A stretch of 64,000 nt of DNA. It comes from Octopus vulgaris (lineage: Eukaryota). How positions within the stretch are numbered: the stretch's first letter is position 1; each line of letters begins with the position of its first letter. Positions 12,489 through 26,520 of the stretch are shown one piece after another. The stretch lies in the NCBI GenBank assembly GCA_951406725.2, contig OX597817.1, positions 29,450,001 through 29,514,000 on the forward strand. The letters run 5' to 3'. The translations under genes were made by a program, and so were the position numbers. The notes below the pieces were generated by a model. It searched no databases. It saw only the letters and a list, made by a program, of their open reading frames with translations, and was not told the origin of the DNA.

Positions 12489-12864
12489 TAGTATATAAAA
12501 TAACTAAGGAACTTGGTTTTTTCAGTGTACTGATATGCAGAGAGTTCCTTTTTTTAAAAAATATCTTACTTAACTTATAGTAACTTTTTATGAAATTCAT
12601 TTGTATATAATTATATTTGCATACATATACACACATAAACACACACAAACTATATTACATGCATATATCTTGTATTATATATTATATTATATTATATTAT
12701 ATGGATATACATTATATTATATGGATATACATATGCATGTAATACATAGCAAAGACAAAAACCAAGATGATATTTTGAAAGCATTTAATACTCGTGTTTC
12801 AAGTAATTACATAAGAATTATTTTGCATTATCACAACACATATATTAAATGTGTCCAAAATATT

Positions 12865-13079
12865 CTTTCCTACTCTAGACACAAAGCCCAAAATTTTGGG
12901 GGAGTGGAGTGTAGTTGATTAGATCGATCCCAGTATGCAACTGGAACTTAATTTATTGACCCCGAAAGGATGAAAAGCAAAGTCGACCTCGGCAGAATTT
13001 GAACTCAGAACGTGAAGACAGATAAAATACCGCTAAGCATTTTGCCCACTGTGCTGACATTTCTGCCAGCTCGCTGCCT
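12865..13079 (-). mobile_element. SINE family B
   Basis: Same B-box and central domain; ~18-bp flanking direct repeat (AATGTG.CCAAAATAT). Confidence 0.75.
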
Positions 13080-13600
13080 TAATGTGGCCAAAATATCAAG
13101 ATATCATGACTCCTTTCCATAACAATCTAAAAATGGATTTAGGAGTTGAACATTTTACCTGAGTAAAAATATTCTTGTAAAGCGTATTGCATCAAAACAT
13201 ACCCTTCAATATTTGTACACACACACACACACACACACACACCTATAATCGCATATATATACATGGACAAATATACACAGACACAAATACATGTATTTCT
13301 TTTATTCTCTTACTTGATTCAGCCATATGACTATGGCCATGCTGGAGCACCACCTTATATATATCAAATATTGTAAGAATTAACAATATAACTCATAAAG
13401 CATAATGTCTGACTATTTTACTAATATAAAGAAATTATGAAAAAATTTATCTGTGAAATAATTTAAAGTATAAATTATTTTCGAATTACTGTGGAATTTG
13501 ATGTCGCATGCTCTTTTTCAAATATATGATTCTAAATGAAGAATCTTAATAATTTCAGAATCTTAATAATTTCAATCTTAATAATTTCCAATACATATTG

Positions 13601-13649
<49 letters not shown>

Positions 13650-13759
13650 ACACAAGTAATAAGACAGGACTAAGATAAGCAAATAAAAATATGCAGACAG
13701 AAACTTGGACAAATAAAAAATGTCAAGTATTTAGTAATAATAATAAAAATCAAGAAGGC

Positions 13760-14190
13760 TGCTGTCTAGAAGTTACTCGGGGATAAATAAGGCCAGAACA
13801 CCATTTATAAGAATGATAATTTTCTTCATCTCTGAAGGCATAACTGTGCACATAACAATTGAGGCAGTAAATTGTTATATTATAACAATTGTCCTCTATA
13901 GGATAGAAACTTGGACAATGGAAAAGACAAGCCTTCATGATGTGGGTCTTTCACGGATTGGGGCAGGATAAGATGGAAAGATAGAGTAACAAATGTTGTA
14001 GAACTTGAAAAACTGAAGATTTATAAATGCTTATTGTTAAGAATCAATGCTACGAAGGTGTCATAATTTAGACACCGAAGATCATCCTGACAGGATTTAT
14101 AAAGAGGAAGAGGGTAGGAGGCAGTTGAGGATGTTCGTGGGCTGAGAACATCAAGGAATAGTCTGGAAACAAGAGTTTGGTTTGTTATAT
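13760..14190 (+). pseudogene. Highly degraded RTE-type LINE 3' coding relic
   Basis: Frameshifted motifs resembling LYG.ETWT, AF.MW and IRWKDRVTN. Confidence 0.45.
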
Positions 14191-15321
14191 GCAAGCAGTG
14201 TAACACAGAAGGAGCTAGAGAGTCTTGATAAGCTAACTCCAAGATACAAGAAGGGCAGCTGGATAATGATTATATTGACATAGGAAAGAGATATGAGAAA
14301 AAAAAATGTGTGCATGTGTCTGTTGAATATGTAGGGGAAAGAAATAAGAGGCAAGGTGAAGAAAGTTTCTCTCCAGAAAGTAAAGAGAAACTGAAGGAGG
14401 AAGAGGCAGAGTTTGATGTCATGAAGTGGCGATGTTTTGTACATCATATTAATATTCCTCTTCTACTACGACTCCATTACAATCAGTGTTTCAAAGCCTC
14501 TTTTCTTGAATCTTTTTTGTTTTGCCTCCTCAGAGGATCCTTAGGCCTTACACATGGGATGTTTATCTTCATGAATTATTCTGGAATGATTGTATAGTTG
14601 TGTGAAAATTGTAGGAAAAAAATTGTTAAGAAATACTGTTGATGTTTGAAGATAAACAGACTAAGATTTAATACTTGTAAACGATACAAAGAAATATAAC
14701 AAAATAAATAGAAAGACACTTGAAGTTGTCGAATAAGACAAATGTAATGAATGAATATAAACAAGGCTAAAAGATAAATTATATTTAATATACTAAAGCA
14801 TAACAAAATAATATCTTCCTCAAATGCAAATCAAATTTAATGTCTTGCAATAGATATTACTCCTATGAATGTTAATTTAATGACATCTTTGAAATTCGGT
14901 TTTGTAAAATAAAATGCATACTAAATATTATATAGTAGTAAATATAATACCGAGACATCAACACGGATGTTCTGAGTTTCACTTGGCACTTGCATCTGCA
15001 TTTCTCTCACATGTATACTTTTTTCTTTGATTAATTTTGAATTTCATTTCACTATTAAGTATGTAGGTAATTAATATTCTAAAATGCAAAATATTTCTTT
15101 ATTGTTAATGTTTAGACAATTCTCAACTCCTAGCATTAGTATATTAATCATTTGAAAGAGAGACTGGTAAATACAAGAACAGTCTTTACATGTTTTAGTG
15201 TAAGTATGTAAGCACTGCATTTTTATACAAATTTGCACTCTTAACATAGAGTTCATTGAACTGGCTTCCACAGTTTCAGTTTTGCCTACAAAGATTTAAT
15301 CAAGTTGTTGGTAGAAAACGT

Positions 15322-15664
15322 GGCGTTCCTTCGTTTTAACTCGACAAAACCATAACAAGACCTTGGTTCTTTCTGTGACAACTCAACAATTCACTTCGGA
15401 TATCTTCATGATCTCCAAAAATTTGCGGATTTTACATACACACATGAAGCAGGTAAGAACAAATATGCAAGGCTTTTTGCTGGCACAATTTCATTATATC
15501 TATATTCCACAACAGATAAATACATAAAAACAGAACACGCACACTGTCAAGGAGGTCACAGGGGTCACGAAGGTCAGGAAGATATCCGAAGGGAATTGTC
15601 GAGTTGACACGGAAACAACCGAGGTTCTTGTTATGGTTTTGTCGAGTTAAAATGAAGGAACACC
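15322..15664. mobile_element. MITE with ~90-bp TIRs, GG termini and 8-bp TSD
   Basis: TIR GG(C/T)GTTCCTTC.TTTTAACTCGACAAAACCATAACAAG; TSD GAAAACGT (15314-15321) / GAAAACAT (15665-15672). Confidence 0.75.
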
Positions 15665-16115
15665 GAAAACATTGGCACAAGGTCCTGTTCAGTGGGCTTG
15701 AATTTGAATCCAGGTGAATAAAAGAATGAACTTTTAAGATTTTGGTTATGAACCTAAATGTTTTTTACAGTGTCTTCCACCACCACCATCATCATTATTT
15801 TAACAACTGCTTTTTGTGTACTATCATGGGTTGGGCAATGCATATTGATATGGTAAGTTTCTGGCCATGTACCTTTTGAGTTACCATTCTTTACTTGTTT
15901 CCAAAGGTAATATGTCTTCTACTGTGTTTTATATGAAACTGACAAAAGCTATCAAACACTGGACTGTATTGTTTATGAGAGATATTCACAATACACTGTC
16001 ACTCAAACAATGCCAATATAAAGACACATGGTAACAAATGCTTGCACACATGCACACACACACATACACATGTACATGCATACACACTCACTAATATATA
16101 CACAACTGAATTTGG

Positions 16116-16410
16116 TACTCTTTTACTCTTTTACTTGTTTCAGTCATTTGACTGCGGCCATGCTGGAGCACCGCCTTTAGTCGAGCAAATCGACCCCGGG
16201 ACTTATTCTTTGTAAGCCCAGTACTTATTCTATCGGTCTCTTTTGCCGAACCACTAAGTGACAGGAACATAAACACACCAGCATCGGTTGTCAAGCAATG
16301 CTAGGGAGACAAACACAGACACACAAACACATACACACACATACATATATATATATATATACATATATACGACAGGCTTCTTTCAGTTTCCATCTACCAA
16401 ATCCACTCTG
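16116..16410 (-). mobile_element. SINE family A, 3' portion
   Basis: Near-identical to 10240-10545. Confidence 0.8.
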
Positions 16411-18132
16411 TTTATATCAGTCACATTTCACTCACTAGGCATTAGTAGAAGTATACCAAGGCTATAGTAAAAGAATTTTACCCAAGGTTCCATGCAGCAA
16501 TTCAACCTAAATCCATTATGGTTGTGGAGCAGATGTTGTAGCCACACAGCCATGCCTGCTCAGAGTGAGAATTAAATACCTATTTAGAAATATGTACGTG
16601 GTAAGAGAAAAAACAATATTAACTTAATATCTATTATTTCAATCATTCCGGTAAATAAGGGAGACACTTTATGTCATACTAAATTAAGATTTGCTATCAC
16701 ACCAGTAGGCAAAAATAAGCAAATATATGATAGATAAAATATTATCAAATAAGAAATTACACTGAATATTTACAATTTACAATTATCGTAGATGACAAGG
16801 ATTCTTTAATATATTTCATATAAAAAACTTGGTTATATAAAATACTGGATACATATGCTGCAGACATATTTCTGATGTTTCATAAACATTGTCAGATATA
16901 TGACTGTTTCATAACAATGTGTCATAATAATTTAATATGTTGCCAGATGAAATCAAATGGAATTTATTGATAGAGAAGTACAACCTTTTGAATTTATGCA
17001 ATATAGCATACAGGAAAGTTATATGTTTAAGAATATATATTTTTATACATTTTTTTTTTTTTTTGCAGATATTTGCTATTGAGTGGACAGTTGCTCGGGA
17101 TGCTACAAGTATATTTGGTATCAAGCTGCCGTTTATTTTGATGTTTTCTCTAGATGCAATTTTTCAAGATAGAATGGAAAAATTAAGTACCACCCACCAG
17201 AAAAAAAAAATGATTAATCTAAACAAAATATATTAGCCATTGTGACTAGTTGCCATACACATAAAAAACCATCAAATGTGAGGTCATTATAACTTGTTTG
17301 AATACTGTAGTAGGAAATATACAGAAAGTACCAAGTACTTACAACTCTCAGAGGTCATGTGATCTCATAAAGATAGGGGACATTATCACTTGGGTTGGAG
17401 GTGAGTAAATGAGGGAGAAACTGAAGGTGAACGAATACTGTGGAAAGTCATGTAGTGGTTGAGATGTGGGATGGTCTAGAGAAAGTGGCAGTCTGAGTCA
17501 GTAAAGTGATAGGGATGTGCGAAGAGAGAGTAAGAAAGCTAATTAGAGAGAGAAGGTTGAAAGTGTCAATGAACTGTACAAAGACAAAGTGGTTCATTAT
17601 AAAACAAGCTGCTCTGTACTGATATCAGCAATGCAGTCATCTGACAAGTGATAGACAGATACATGGATTGAGTCCTGTTTGATCCACAATTGATCTATTT
17701 TATCTTAGCAGTGAATATTACTGGTGCTGGCCAAATGCAACTAAATAGCATACAGTTGCCCATTTGAACTGGAAATTGTTGCATGCCAAAAAAAGCATCT
17801 AGGTGTTGGCGATTTGTCTGGAAATTCATAGAGGAATTTGTCCTGATATTGTCTGAATATCATATGAATTTTTCTTTGATTTCTTTTGGAATAATATTGA
17901 TCAAGGGAGGATCAATTGAGATAAAAATTGTGTCAGAATGTTGTTATGCAACTTGAGTTTAATTTTTGTAGTGGGTATATAGCATATGGTCTTATAAGGT
18001 TTATAAAGTGCAATATTATTCTATATTGAAAACTATGCTAATTAATTTTCCACAATTTGATTCATAGAACTTATTTCTCATTGCAAGCATCAGATTAAAG
18101 CATCAGATTATATATATATAATCAAAATAAGC

Positions 18133-18193
18133 AACGATCGTTTCATGCAACTCTATTTAATTCAATTAAATAGAATTGCATGAAAAGATCGTT
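18133..18193. repeat. Short foldback of a hammerhead 3' half (truncated Penelope-like pLTR, 18120-18350) between (TA)n tracts
   Basis: AACGATCGTTTCATGCAA..ATTTAATT-C-AATTAAAT..TTGCATGAAAAGATCGTT; GAAA followed by palindromic CGATCG. Confidence 0.5.
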
Positions 18194-19992
18194 CTGCATT
18201 ACCTCTGGATATCCTTGTTGCTTATTTTTATTTTAATCACTGTACTTTGAAATTGTATGGATAATACTGTACTAAATTCTGGTGCCTCAACTTAAGTACC
18301 ATATTCATCTGATTCTAAATTTTTTCTGAACTCATCTACCATACCCAAACTATATATATATATATATGTATGTATGTATATTAGGGTTATGACTTTTTGA
18401 TTTTTTTGGGGAAAGTAAACAATTTCTATATCTAAAGTTGATGAACTATTTCGAATAAGTCGGGAAAATAACCTTTATTTTGAGTTTTTGTAAAAAGATG
18501 TCACCATCAACCAAAGAAATCTAGAACCATTTTTGACCCAAATTATGCAAAATTCTAGGGCAGTGGGTTCATAATGCCTATTTAAGTTTTTATCAAACTT
18601 GGTATGTTGACTTAATGCAATGTAGAAGCTGTCTATCTCAAATTTCAGCTTTCAAATTTAAGTAGTTTAGGAGTTATAGAGTTTTTAATTTATTACCAAT
18701 AAGGCCTTACTTTAGGAAATATCTTCTTCCTCTCCTTTTTATTTCTATGATGCTAAAAACTCTGACTATATTAACTGTTTTTCAGAATAGTACGCTTATC
18801 CAACTAGAGTATCTAAAATAATGTCTCATAAGAGAAATGCTTGTGCCACTCAAAGAAACAAAAAAATCTGGATGAAGACTCTCATGTAATTTCAAGACTC
18901 ACATAGGAAAATATGATTGGTTCCTCTAGAAGAGCATTCTTTGGGAAACATCTGCAGGATACCAATGAAATTTCAAATTGTCGGTTGCTACCTGTTCCTT
19001 GGAGGTACCATCAAAGGAATGAAAGATAGAACAAAGGAAATTTCAAAGGAAGTAGCTTTTTATGGGGCAAAAGAAATTAAATTTCCCATATTTATCAATT
19101 CAAAATGTACAAGCAAAAGTAGAAAAAGTGCTGAATACCTACGCTAAATGTGTAAAACGAGGAAAATACAGTATGTATGTATATATATATATATATATAT
19201 GTATATGTATATATACATACTTTCACTGCAATGGCTTATATGCCCCATTATTAGACTATTTCCATTAGTCATTGTATGGTGATTGTTTATAAGCTTTAAG
19301 CTTATAAAATGAAACTTCTGGTGGCTTATTGTGCTTGAAAGGACATGCTGAGCTAAGTAAAATTGTGGTTGTCTATGCATACAGACATGTCCCCTACATT
19401 CCTGTCTCAGCCAAGAGATCCTAGTCTTGTGGGCCTGTGGGGGCTGAAGCCACACAAAAGTACTTATACCAGTGCCACATAAAAGCACCAATACTGGTGC
19501 CATGTAAATCTACCCAGTTCACTCTATAAAGTGGTTGGCATTAAGAGGGACATTCAGATAGAGAAACCATGCCAAAACAGACAAATAGAGCCCAAGTATC
19601 TCTTCAGCCAGCCAACTCCTGTCACATTGGCCAACCTAAGTCAGCATGGAGAACAAACATTAAAAGATGATGATGATATCTGTGAATATGAGTGTATATT
19701 TGTGTTTCTTTGTCTTCACATTCCATACTGGTTGTAAACAAGTTTTGCTGTCATACAAGCAGTGTCATTCATTTCCAATATTCTGCAAAATCACATTTGG
19801 CCACAGGGAAATATTACCTCACTAGGAAACAGGTGAGGGTTGGCAACTGGAAAGGCATCTAGTTGTGGAACATCGACCTCAATAAACCACATCTAGGCTA
19901 TGCTTAGCATAGGTTGGACATTAAAATAATAATGCTATAACCTACTTCCTAGTCATTGAAGCTTCAAAGCCTGACTCAATTTGAGCCCTCAC

Positions 19993-20528
19993 TGTTTGTT
20001 TTTACGGTTTTGTTCTCACTGTCCTGTTCTTGTTGCAACTTTCACCCTCCGCAGGGGATCCCAAATTTTGTTTAATTTGCTTTGCGGGAGGGACTGTTTC
20101 AGTGAAGTCACGTCTTGTCCTTGCCTTCAAAACGTGGAGTAGCTGAAACAGGGACAACTGAAGAAGGAGAATATTCTTTTTGTTATATGTCTTGTTTCTC
20201 TGTTTGTTTTTTTCGTTGTTTGAAAAAAAGATTGTTTCTATGTTTTTGTTTTTATGCTTTCATTTCTCATTATATTCAAGATTTCTTTCATGTCCTGTAT
20301 GCATGTATATATATATATGTAGGTATGTACATATATGTATGTATATATACATATATTTATATATTATATGATCAAATCCCACGCATTCTTTTCCAAGTAA
20401 GGACAAGACGTGACTTCGTTGAAGCGGTCCTTCCCGCGGGGCAAATTGGATAGAGTTTGGGATTTTTTGCGAAGGGTGAAGGTTGTAACAGGAGCAGGAC
20501 GGTGGGAAAAAAACAGTAAAAACAAACA
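19993..20528 (+). repeat. 130-bp ungapped inverted repeat with strand-specific G-U pairing, part of a repeated non-coding element
   Basis: 19993-20122 pairs with 20399-20528: 104 Watson-Crick, 23 G-T, 3 other mismatches by manual count; the loop segment recurs at 58860-59100. Confidence 0.85.
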
Positions 20529-20740
20529 TGAGATAACCAAATAACCAAATCATATATATATATATATATATATCACACACACACAATGTATTTGTTTCAG
20601 TTTCCATCTATCAAATCCACTCACTATGTTTTGGTCAACTCTAGGCTGTAGTAGAAGGCACTTGCTCAAGGTACCCTACTGCAGGACTGAACCAGAGGGC
20701 ATATGGTTTGGAAGCAAACTTCTTAACCACACAGCTAAAC

Positions 20741-20781
<41 letters not shown>

Positions 20782-21075
20782 GTATTTATATTTGTGTAAC
20801 ATCGTCTGTTTTTCCGTCCTTGTTTTCATATACATTCAATGCTTTTTTTCCAAGGAATATAATGCTCTTAGCTTTTGGGGCTGGCCAGATTGGAGCAATC
20901 TCAAGAATAACCAGCTGAAATTGCAAGGGCGATCTGGTTCTTGACTGAAGATAAAAGGCTTCGAATGACCCGTCCTTGTTTTTTTTTGAATCATCTATCT
21001 GGATGTTTTGTTGTCCCTTTTTGTATCACCTAGTTGTCCGGAAGTTTTGCGTTCTTGTCCCATTTTGTATTTTAT

Positions 21076-21739
21076 ATATTTAAGTTTCTCCATACAGGGG
21101 TTTTCAATGGCGGCCGATTTTCGCGGGGTTCCACTATTCCCTTTCTCTCTCTCCCTCTTTTACGTTGTCTGCCCTCCCCCTCTTCCTTCCCCCTTCCATT
21201 GCTAAGAGCATTTTTAAGCCAGCCCGTCAAGTAACGTGCCTCATTTCTTGATTTCAAATCCATTCTGCCGTGTCAGGCCGAAAACGAAATGTTTCCAAGA
21301 TAAGAAAATCTTTCTAATCTAATTCATCCCGTAATCTGTACCAGTAATATTCTCATGCAAATTTGTCTGATCTCTAGTGGTTAAGCTGTTTATTATTATT
21401 ATTATTATTATTATTAGTATTAGTATTATCCCTTTGATCCCCAGTCGTCAATTTGTTTATTATTATTATTTACAGCTTCGCCTCGTATTGCATATAATGT
21501 ATAATTTATTAGTTATCGTTGACCATCGGTTCTGGCCTCGTGTCTCGCTAAATACAGAATAGATATTTAAGTTTCTCCATACAGGGGTTTTCAATGGCGG
21601 CCGATTTTCGCGGGGTTCCACTATTCCCTTTCTCTCTCTCCCTCTTTTACGTTGTCTGCCCTCCCCTCTTCCTTCCCCCTTCCATTGCTAAGAGCATTTT
21701 TAAGCCAGCCCGTCAAGTAACGTGCCTCATTTCTTGATT
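21076..21739. repeat. Near-identical ~177-bp direct repeats with 487-bp period (partial-tandem or TRIM-like non-coding element)
   Basis: 21076-21253 equals 21563-21739 except for a 1-nt indel. Confidence 0.8.
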
Positions 21740-22179
21740 ATGTTTTTATCTATCTATCTATTTTATCTACTTACTAATTACTAATACGCTTAAGCAGTTG
21801 TCATTGTATTCCCTAATTCCTCTCATCATTATGTGCCGATAATTTCTCCATTTCTCCACCGTCCCTTTATTAATTTTGCCTGTCCAAGTCCTCGCTCTCT
21901 CGTCTTTCAACCTTCGCATATTCGCGGTGCACCCGCCCTTGCCCACCACCACCCCCACCACCAATACCGGATATCTCTATATTTTTGCTCCATCTATACC
22001 GGATGTCGCTTCTCCCACCACCATTATAGGTGTCTCTACTCTTCGAACCCCCCTCTTCAATACGCTATTTCACCATGCATTACCCCTCTCATGATATCCT
22101 ACGTTCTACTTGTCTAGAACCTGTCATCGTTTCTCCGAACACCCCTCCCCACTGGTGCTCCCCTATATTTCTGCACCCC

Positions 22180-22497
22180 CCACATAAAAAGCACCATCCG
22201 GACGTGGCCGATGCCAGCACCGCCCCGACTGGCTTCTGTGCAGGTGGCACGTAAAAAGCACCAACTGACCGTGGCCGATGCCAGACCCCTCTGGCACCTG
22301 TGCAGGTGGCACGTAAAAAGCACCCACTACACTCGCGGAGTGGTTGGCGTTAGGAAGGGCATCCAGCTGTAGAAACACTGCCAGACCAGACTGGAACCTG
22401 GGGCAGCCCCTGGCTCCCCAGACCCCGGTCGAAACCGTCCAACCCGTGCTAGCGCGGAAAACGGACGTTAAACGATGATGATGATGATGATGATGAT
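22180..22497 (+). mobile_element. Retroposon family D with internal ~62-bp duplication
   Basis: GGCACGTAAAAAGCACC repeated; (ATG)n tail. Confidence 0.75.
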
Positions 22498-22923
22498 ATG
22501 TGTGTGTGTGTATTCATCATTATCATTTAAAGATGTTATTCTGCTCGTCATATAACCAACAAAATATCCTGAGCTTTTCAATATTTTAGTCATTCAAATG
22601 TCCTCCTATTTATTATTAAATTACCATGTAGATCACAGACATAATGAATAATGCAATTCTTTGGCAGATTCAGTGTAACAGTCTATGAGAAGGACAATAC
22701 TTTATAACATAGATGAAGTCTATCTTAGAGGCTGCTAAACACTCACAACACATTAGTTAGCCTAGGTTATAGTAAAAGACACTTACCTAAGGTACCATGC
22801 AGTGGAGTTGAATCTAGGACTTCATGATTGCAAAAGGAAAACTTTTAGTCTGGTTATACTTGCATCTACAAGAAGAATAAATAGTAAAGTTAAACATAGA
22901 TGAAAATAGACTAGAAGTATCTA

Positions 22924-23489
22924 TTGGGTTGTCCGGAAAATTCGTACCAATTTATAGTAGCTTACCTTTCGACTTATTTTAGAACATGGTTGAGTTCATA
23001 AAATAGGATTTGACTACACCTCGATTTAGAGCACAGTTTAAGCTATATTTTCGTGGAAGAAGGTTTATGTTCCTATAACCTGTGTTAATTCTGTAATCCT
23101 TTAAAATGGAAAATAATAAAGTTCTTTTTCGGCACTTGATGCTTTGGGAACCAGACAAAAATTGCTGCAGCTTGGCTGGGATGTGTTACCCCACCCTCCA
23201 TATTCACCAGATATTGCTCCTTCAGATTTCCACTTATTTAGGTCTGTGCAGAATAGTCTTAATTGTAAAATATTCAATTCCTAGGATGGCGTAAAAAGAT
23301 ACCTTGATGAATTTTTTGCCATGAAACCACCTCAATTCTGGGAAGAGGGTGTTTTCAAGTTAAAGGAAAGATAGAGATGCATTGTGCAACAAAATGGTTC
23401 ATATTTGGTTGATTAAAGATGTAATGGCAAGTATTTATTGACCTTTTTCTTTCCTTTAAAAATCGGCATGAACTTTGCAGACAACCCAA
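22924..23489 (+). mobile_element. Internally deleted mariner element
   Basis: TA-TTGGGTTGTC...GACAACCCAA-TA TIRs; MENNKVLFRHLML start fused to RQKLLQLGWDVLPHPPYSPDIAPSDFHLFRS. Confidence 0.9.
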
Positions 23490-23708
23490 TAATTTACTGC
23501 AAAAGTGTGGTAGGTGTTCTTTTTTTATTCTGTAATGCTGTTGCTCTACAAGGAAGATAGTGCTCAAAGTACTGTCATCAGAGGCTATCTTGTACTTCTC
23601 TGTTTTGTGGTATTTATAATATCTATCATTTTACTCTGAAAATCTTAGTAAGCAATTTATTCATAATTTGTCATATATATCTGTGTGTGTATGTGTATGT
23701 ATATGTGT

Positions 23709-23752
<44 letters not shown>

Positions 23753-23756
23753 TTAT

Positions 23757-24100
23757 GGGTGCAGGAGTGGCTGTGTAGAAGGTAGCTTGCTTACCAGCCA
23801 CATGGTTCTGGATTCAGTCCCACTGCATGGCACCTTGGCAAGTGTCTTCTACTACAACCACAGGCCCATCAAAGCTTTGTGAGTGGATTTGGTAATAAGA
23901 AACTGAAAGAAGTTCTACCCTCCACCTACCACCAATTCAACCGATGTTGGTGTGTTTGTGTCTCTGTAACTTAGTGTTTGAGCAAAAGAAACTGATAGAA
24001 TAAAAACTAGGCTTGCAAAGAATAAGTCCTGGGGTCGATTTGTTTGACTAAAGGTGGTGCTCCAGCATGGCTGTAGTCAAAATGACTGAAACAAATAAAA
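23757..24100 (+). mobile_element. SINE family A, diverged
   Basis: Head and tail motifs as in other copies. Confidence 0.75.
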
Positions 24101-24878
24101 AAATAATAAAAGAATATATATACACACACATACACACACACACATAGACAGACAGACAGACACACACACACACACACAACACTTGCAAGCCATATCACAA
24201 ACAAAGTGTAAATATTCTATCACATTTTATTGTTCAAGTTGATTACTTTCTAATTACTTTAAGTTTCTTACAATAGAAGCAATTGTCAGATGGGATATCA
24301 AAGCAATATTTCTTTTAATAATAAACATTTCATTTTTAAAAAAAGCCATCTGACAATTTACCTCCCTGGTGAAAAACCACAAAGAAAAATTAATCAATTC
24401 CAACAATAATATATTTCATTTTTGTTTTGGCTTGCAAGACTCTTGATGTGAATTCATGTGTTGAAACATATTTTGTTGTACCAAGGGAGGGTCATTTTGC
24501 CAATAATAAACACAAGCTTTGGTTCAATAAAACAGAATCTGAGTTTAATATTGAGTTCAATTTAATTGATTGTTATATTATTGAGAGTATGTTGTCTTGT
24601 GCCTATGTTAATAATCAATAAATTGAGTTCCATATTCATCATTTTTGGAAACGTCTGCAGAATAAGGCACCAGGTGTAGAGAGCAAAACTTTATTTTTCT
24701 GTTACCTGAATAAATAAACTCTTCACATATGAATCGATATTCGTTTTTTTTTTGGTTTGAATGTCTATTTCTGTGTAAGTATATAGATATGTGGTGCACC
24801 TGAGCAGTTGTGGTGCACTGTATACAATAATTTCATTATTATTATTATAATCACATACACATATAAATATAAAAACAA

Positions 24879-24920
<42 letters not shown>

Positions 24921-25102
24921 CCCTCTTTCACACACATACGTACTCTCTTACACACATGCACACCTTCGTTTTGGGATCACTACTATTTTGTTATCTCCCC
25001 TACTTCTTAGCTCTCCTGCATGATTCTTCTGTCCAGCATTCGCCCTGATAGATCGGTAGCCACTACACACATATTTTTTCTCTCCTTGTTTTTTCTGTGT
25101 CC

Positions 25103-25138
25103 CTTTCTGTTGAAGAGTGTAGGCTCAAAACGTTAAAG
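25103..25138 (+). ncRNA. Degenerate minimal hammerhead-like motif (core CTGTTGA; GAAA changed to AAAA)
   Basis: CTTT-CTGTTGA-a-GAGT(gtag)GCTC-AAAACGTT-AAAG; stems I-III fit, core does not. Confidence 0.4.
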
Positions 25139-25978
25139 ACATTTTCAATTCCTGAGCGCTATACTAATACATCTGTTTGTTTTCTACACCACCTGTCTTC
25201 GTCCTTTGTTATTTTCATGAATTCTCCCTATATATATATATGTGCAACTATATGCATGAAAATACATACATAAAATATACATACATACATACCCTGTTGT
25301 TGATGTTGAAATTCCAATGGAGACTTAGATCCAGGTTAGAAACTGGTTCTTTCTCTATTGGCAAGAAATCTTGAAATAAACTGAATAATGACATACATAC
25401 ATACATACATACATATTTTATCTTTCAGTTGAAGTTATAGTCTCATTCAATAACACTGTTTAATCTTCTGTTTAATCAGAAGATTAGAGTACACAACCCT
25501 TAGGACTTGTGGGAAGAAGGAAGAAAATTATTCTCAGACAAGAAACCTGGACTGAATACTTCATAAAGGCATTCGAAAGACTAGACACTGCTCTACCAGA
25601 GTTACAATAAAAATTTATAGGATATTAACTTTTGGTTATTTCTAAGTTGTGGATTCACTTGTTAGCTTGTTTTAGCTGTTATTAGAAAACTATGTATACA
25701 ATATGTGAAAATTAATAATTTGAAAGAAATTTTAGTGTGCCGCCAGCTGAAAGCTTTATATTTGAAGAGTAGTCTAGAAGTATTCTTTCTCTCAAGTTTC
25801 TTTGTAAATCATCCTTTTCTGTTTCAAACAACAAAACTAATCATATGTAGTAAAAAGTCAAAAGTTAAAAGTCGAGCATGTAATAAACACTTTAACTACC
25901 TAAATTTACATAGAATGAATAAATAAAGCTGGAATTTGAAACATACAATCTTATGAAAACGATTCATCTAAATTGGTG

Positions 25979-26520
<542 letters not shown>

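Noticed and set aside
17069-17236. Possible + strand exon after a strong poly-T CAG acceptor
   Set aside because: No recognisable peptide, no convincing donor or partner exons; needs RNA-seq.
17300-19150. Possible ancient Penelope (17560-17900, minus) and DNA-transposon (18380-19150) relics; similar weak signals at 33100-34900
   Set aside because: Only vague motif resemblance; needs a translated profile search.
20145-20200. CTGAAGA plus hairpin as a hammerhead (also 58875-58925)
   Set aside because: No GAAA follows stem II in either copy; folds better as a simple rod.
24608-24705. Possible minus-strand terminal exon (GNRKIKF...FIDY*), with a donor-like site near 27830
   Set aside because: No homology recognisable by eye, and the two pieces do not join in frame.
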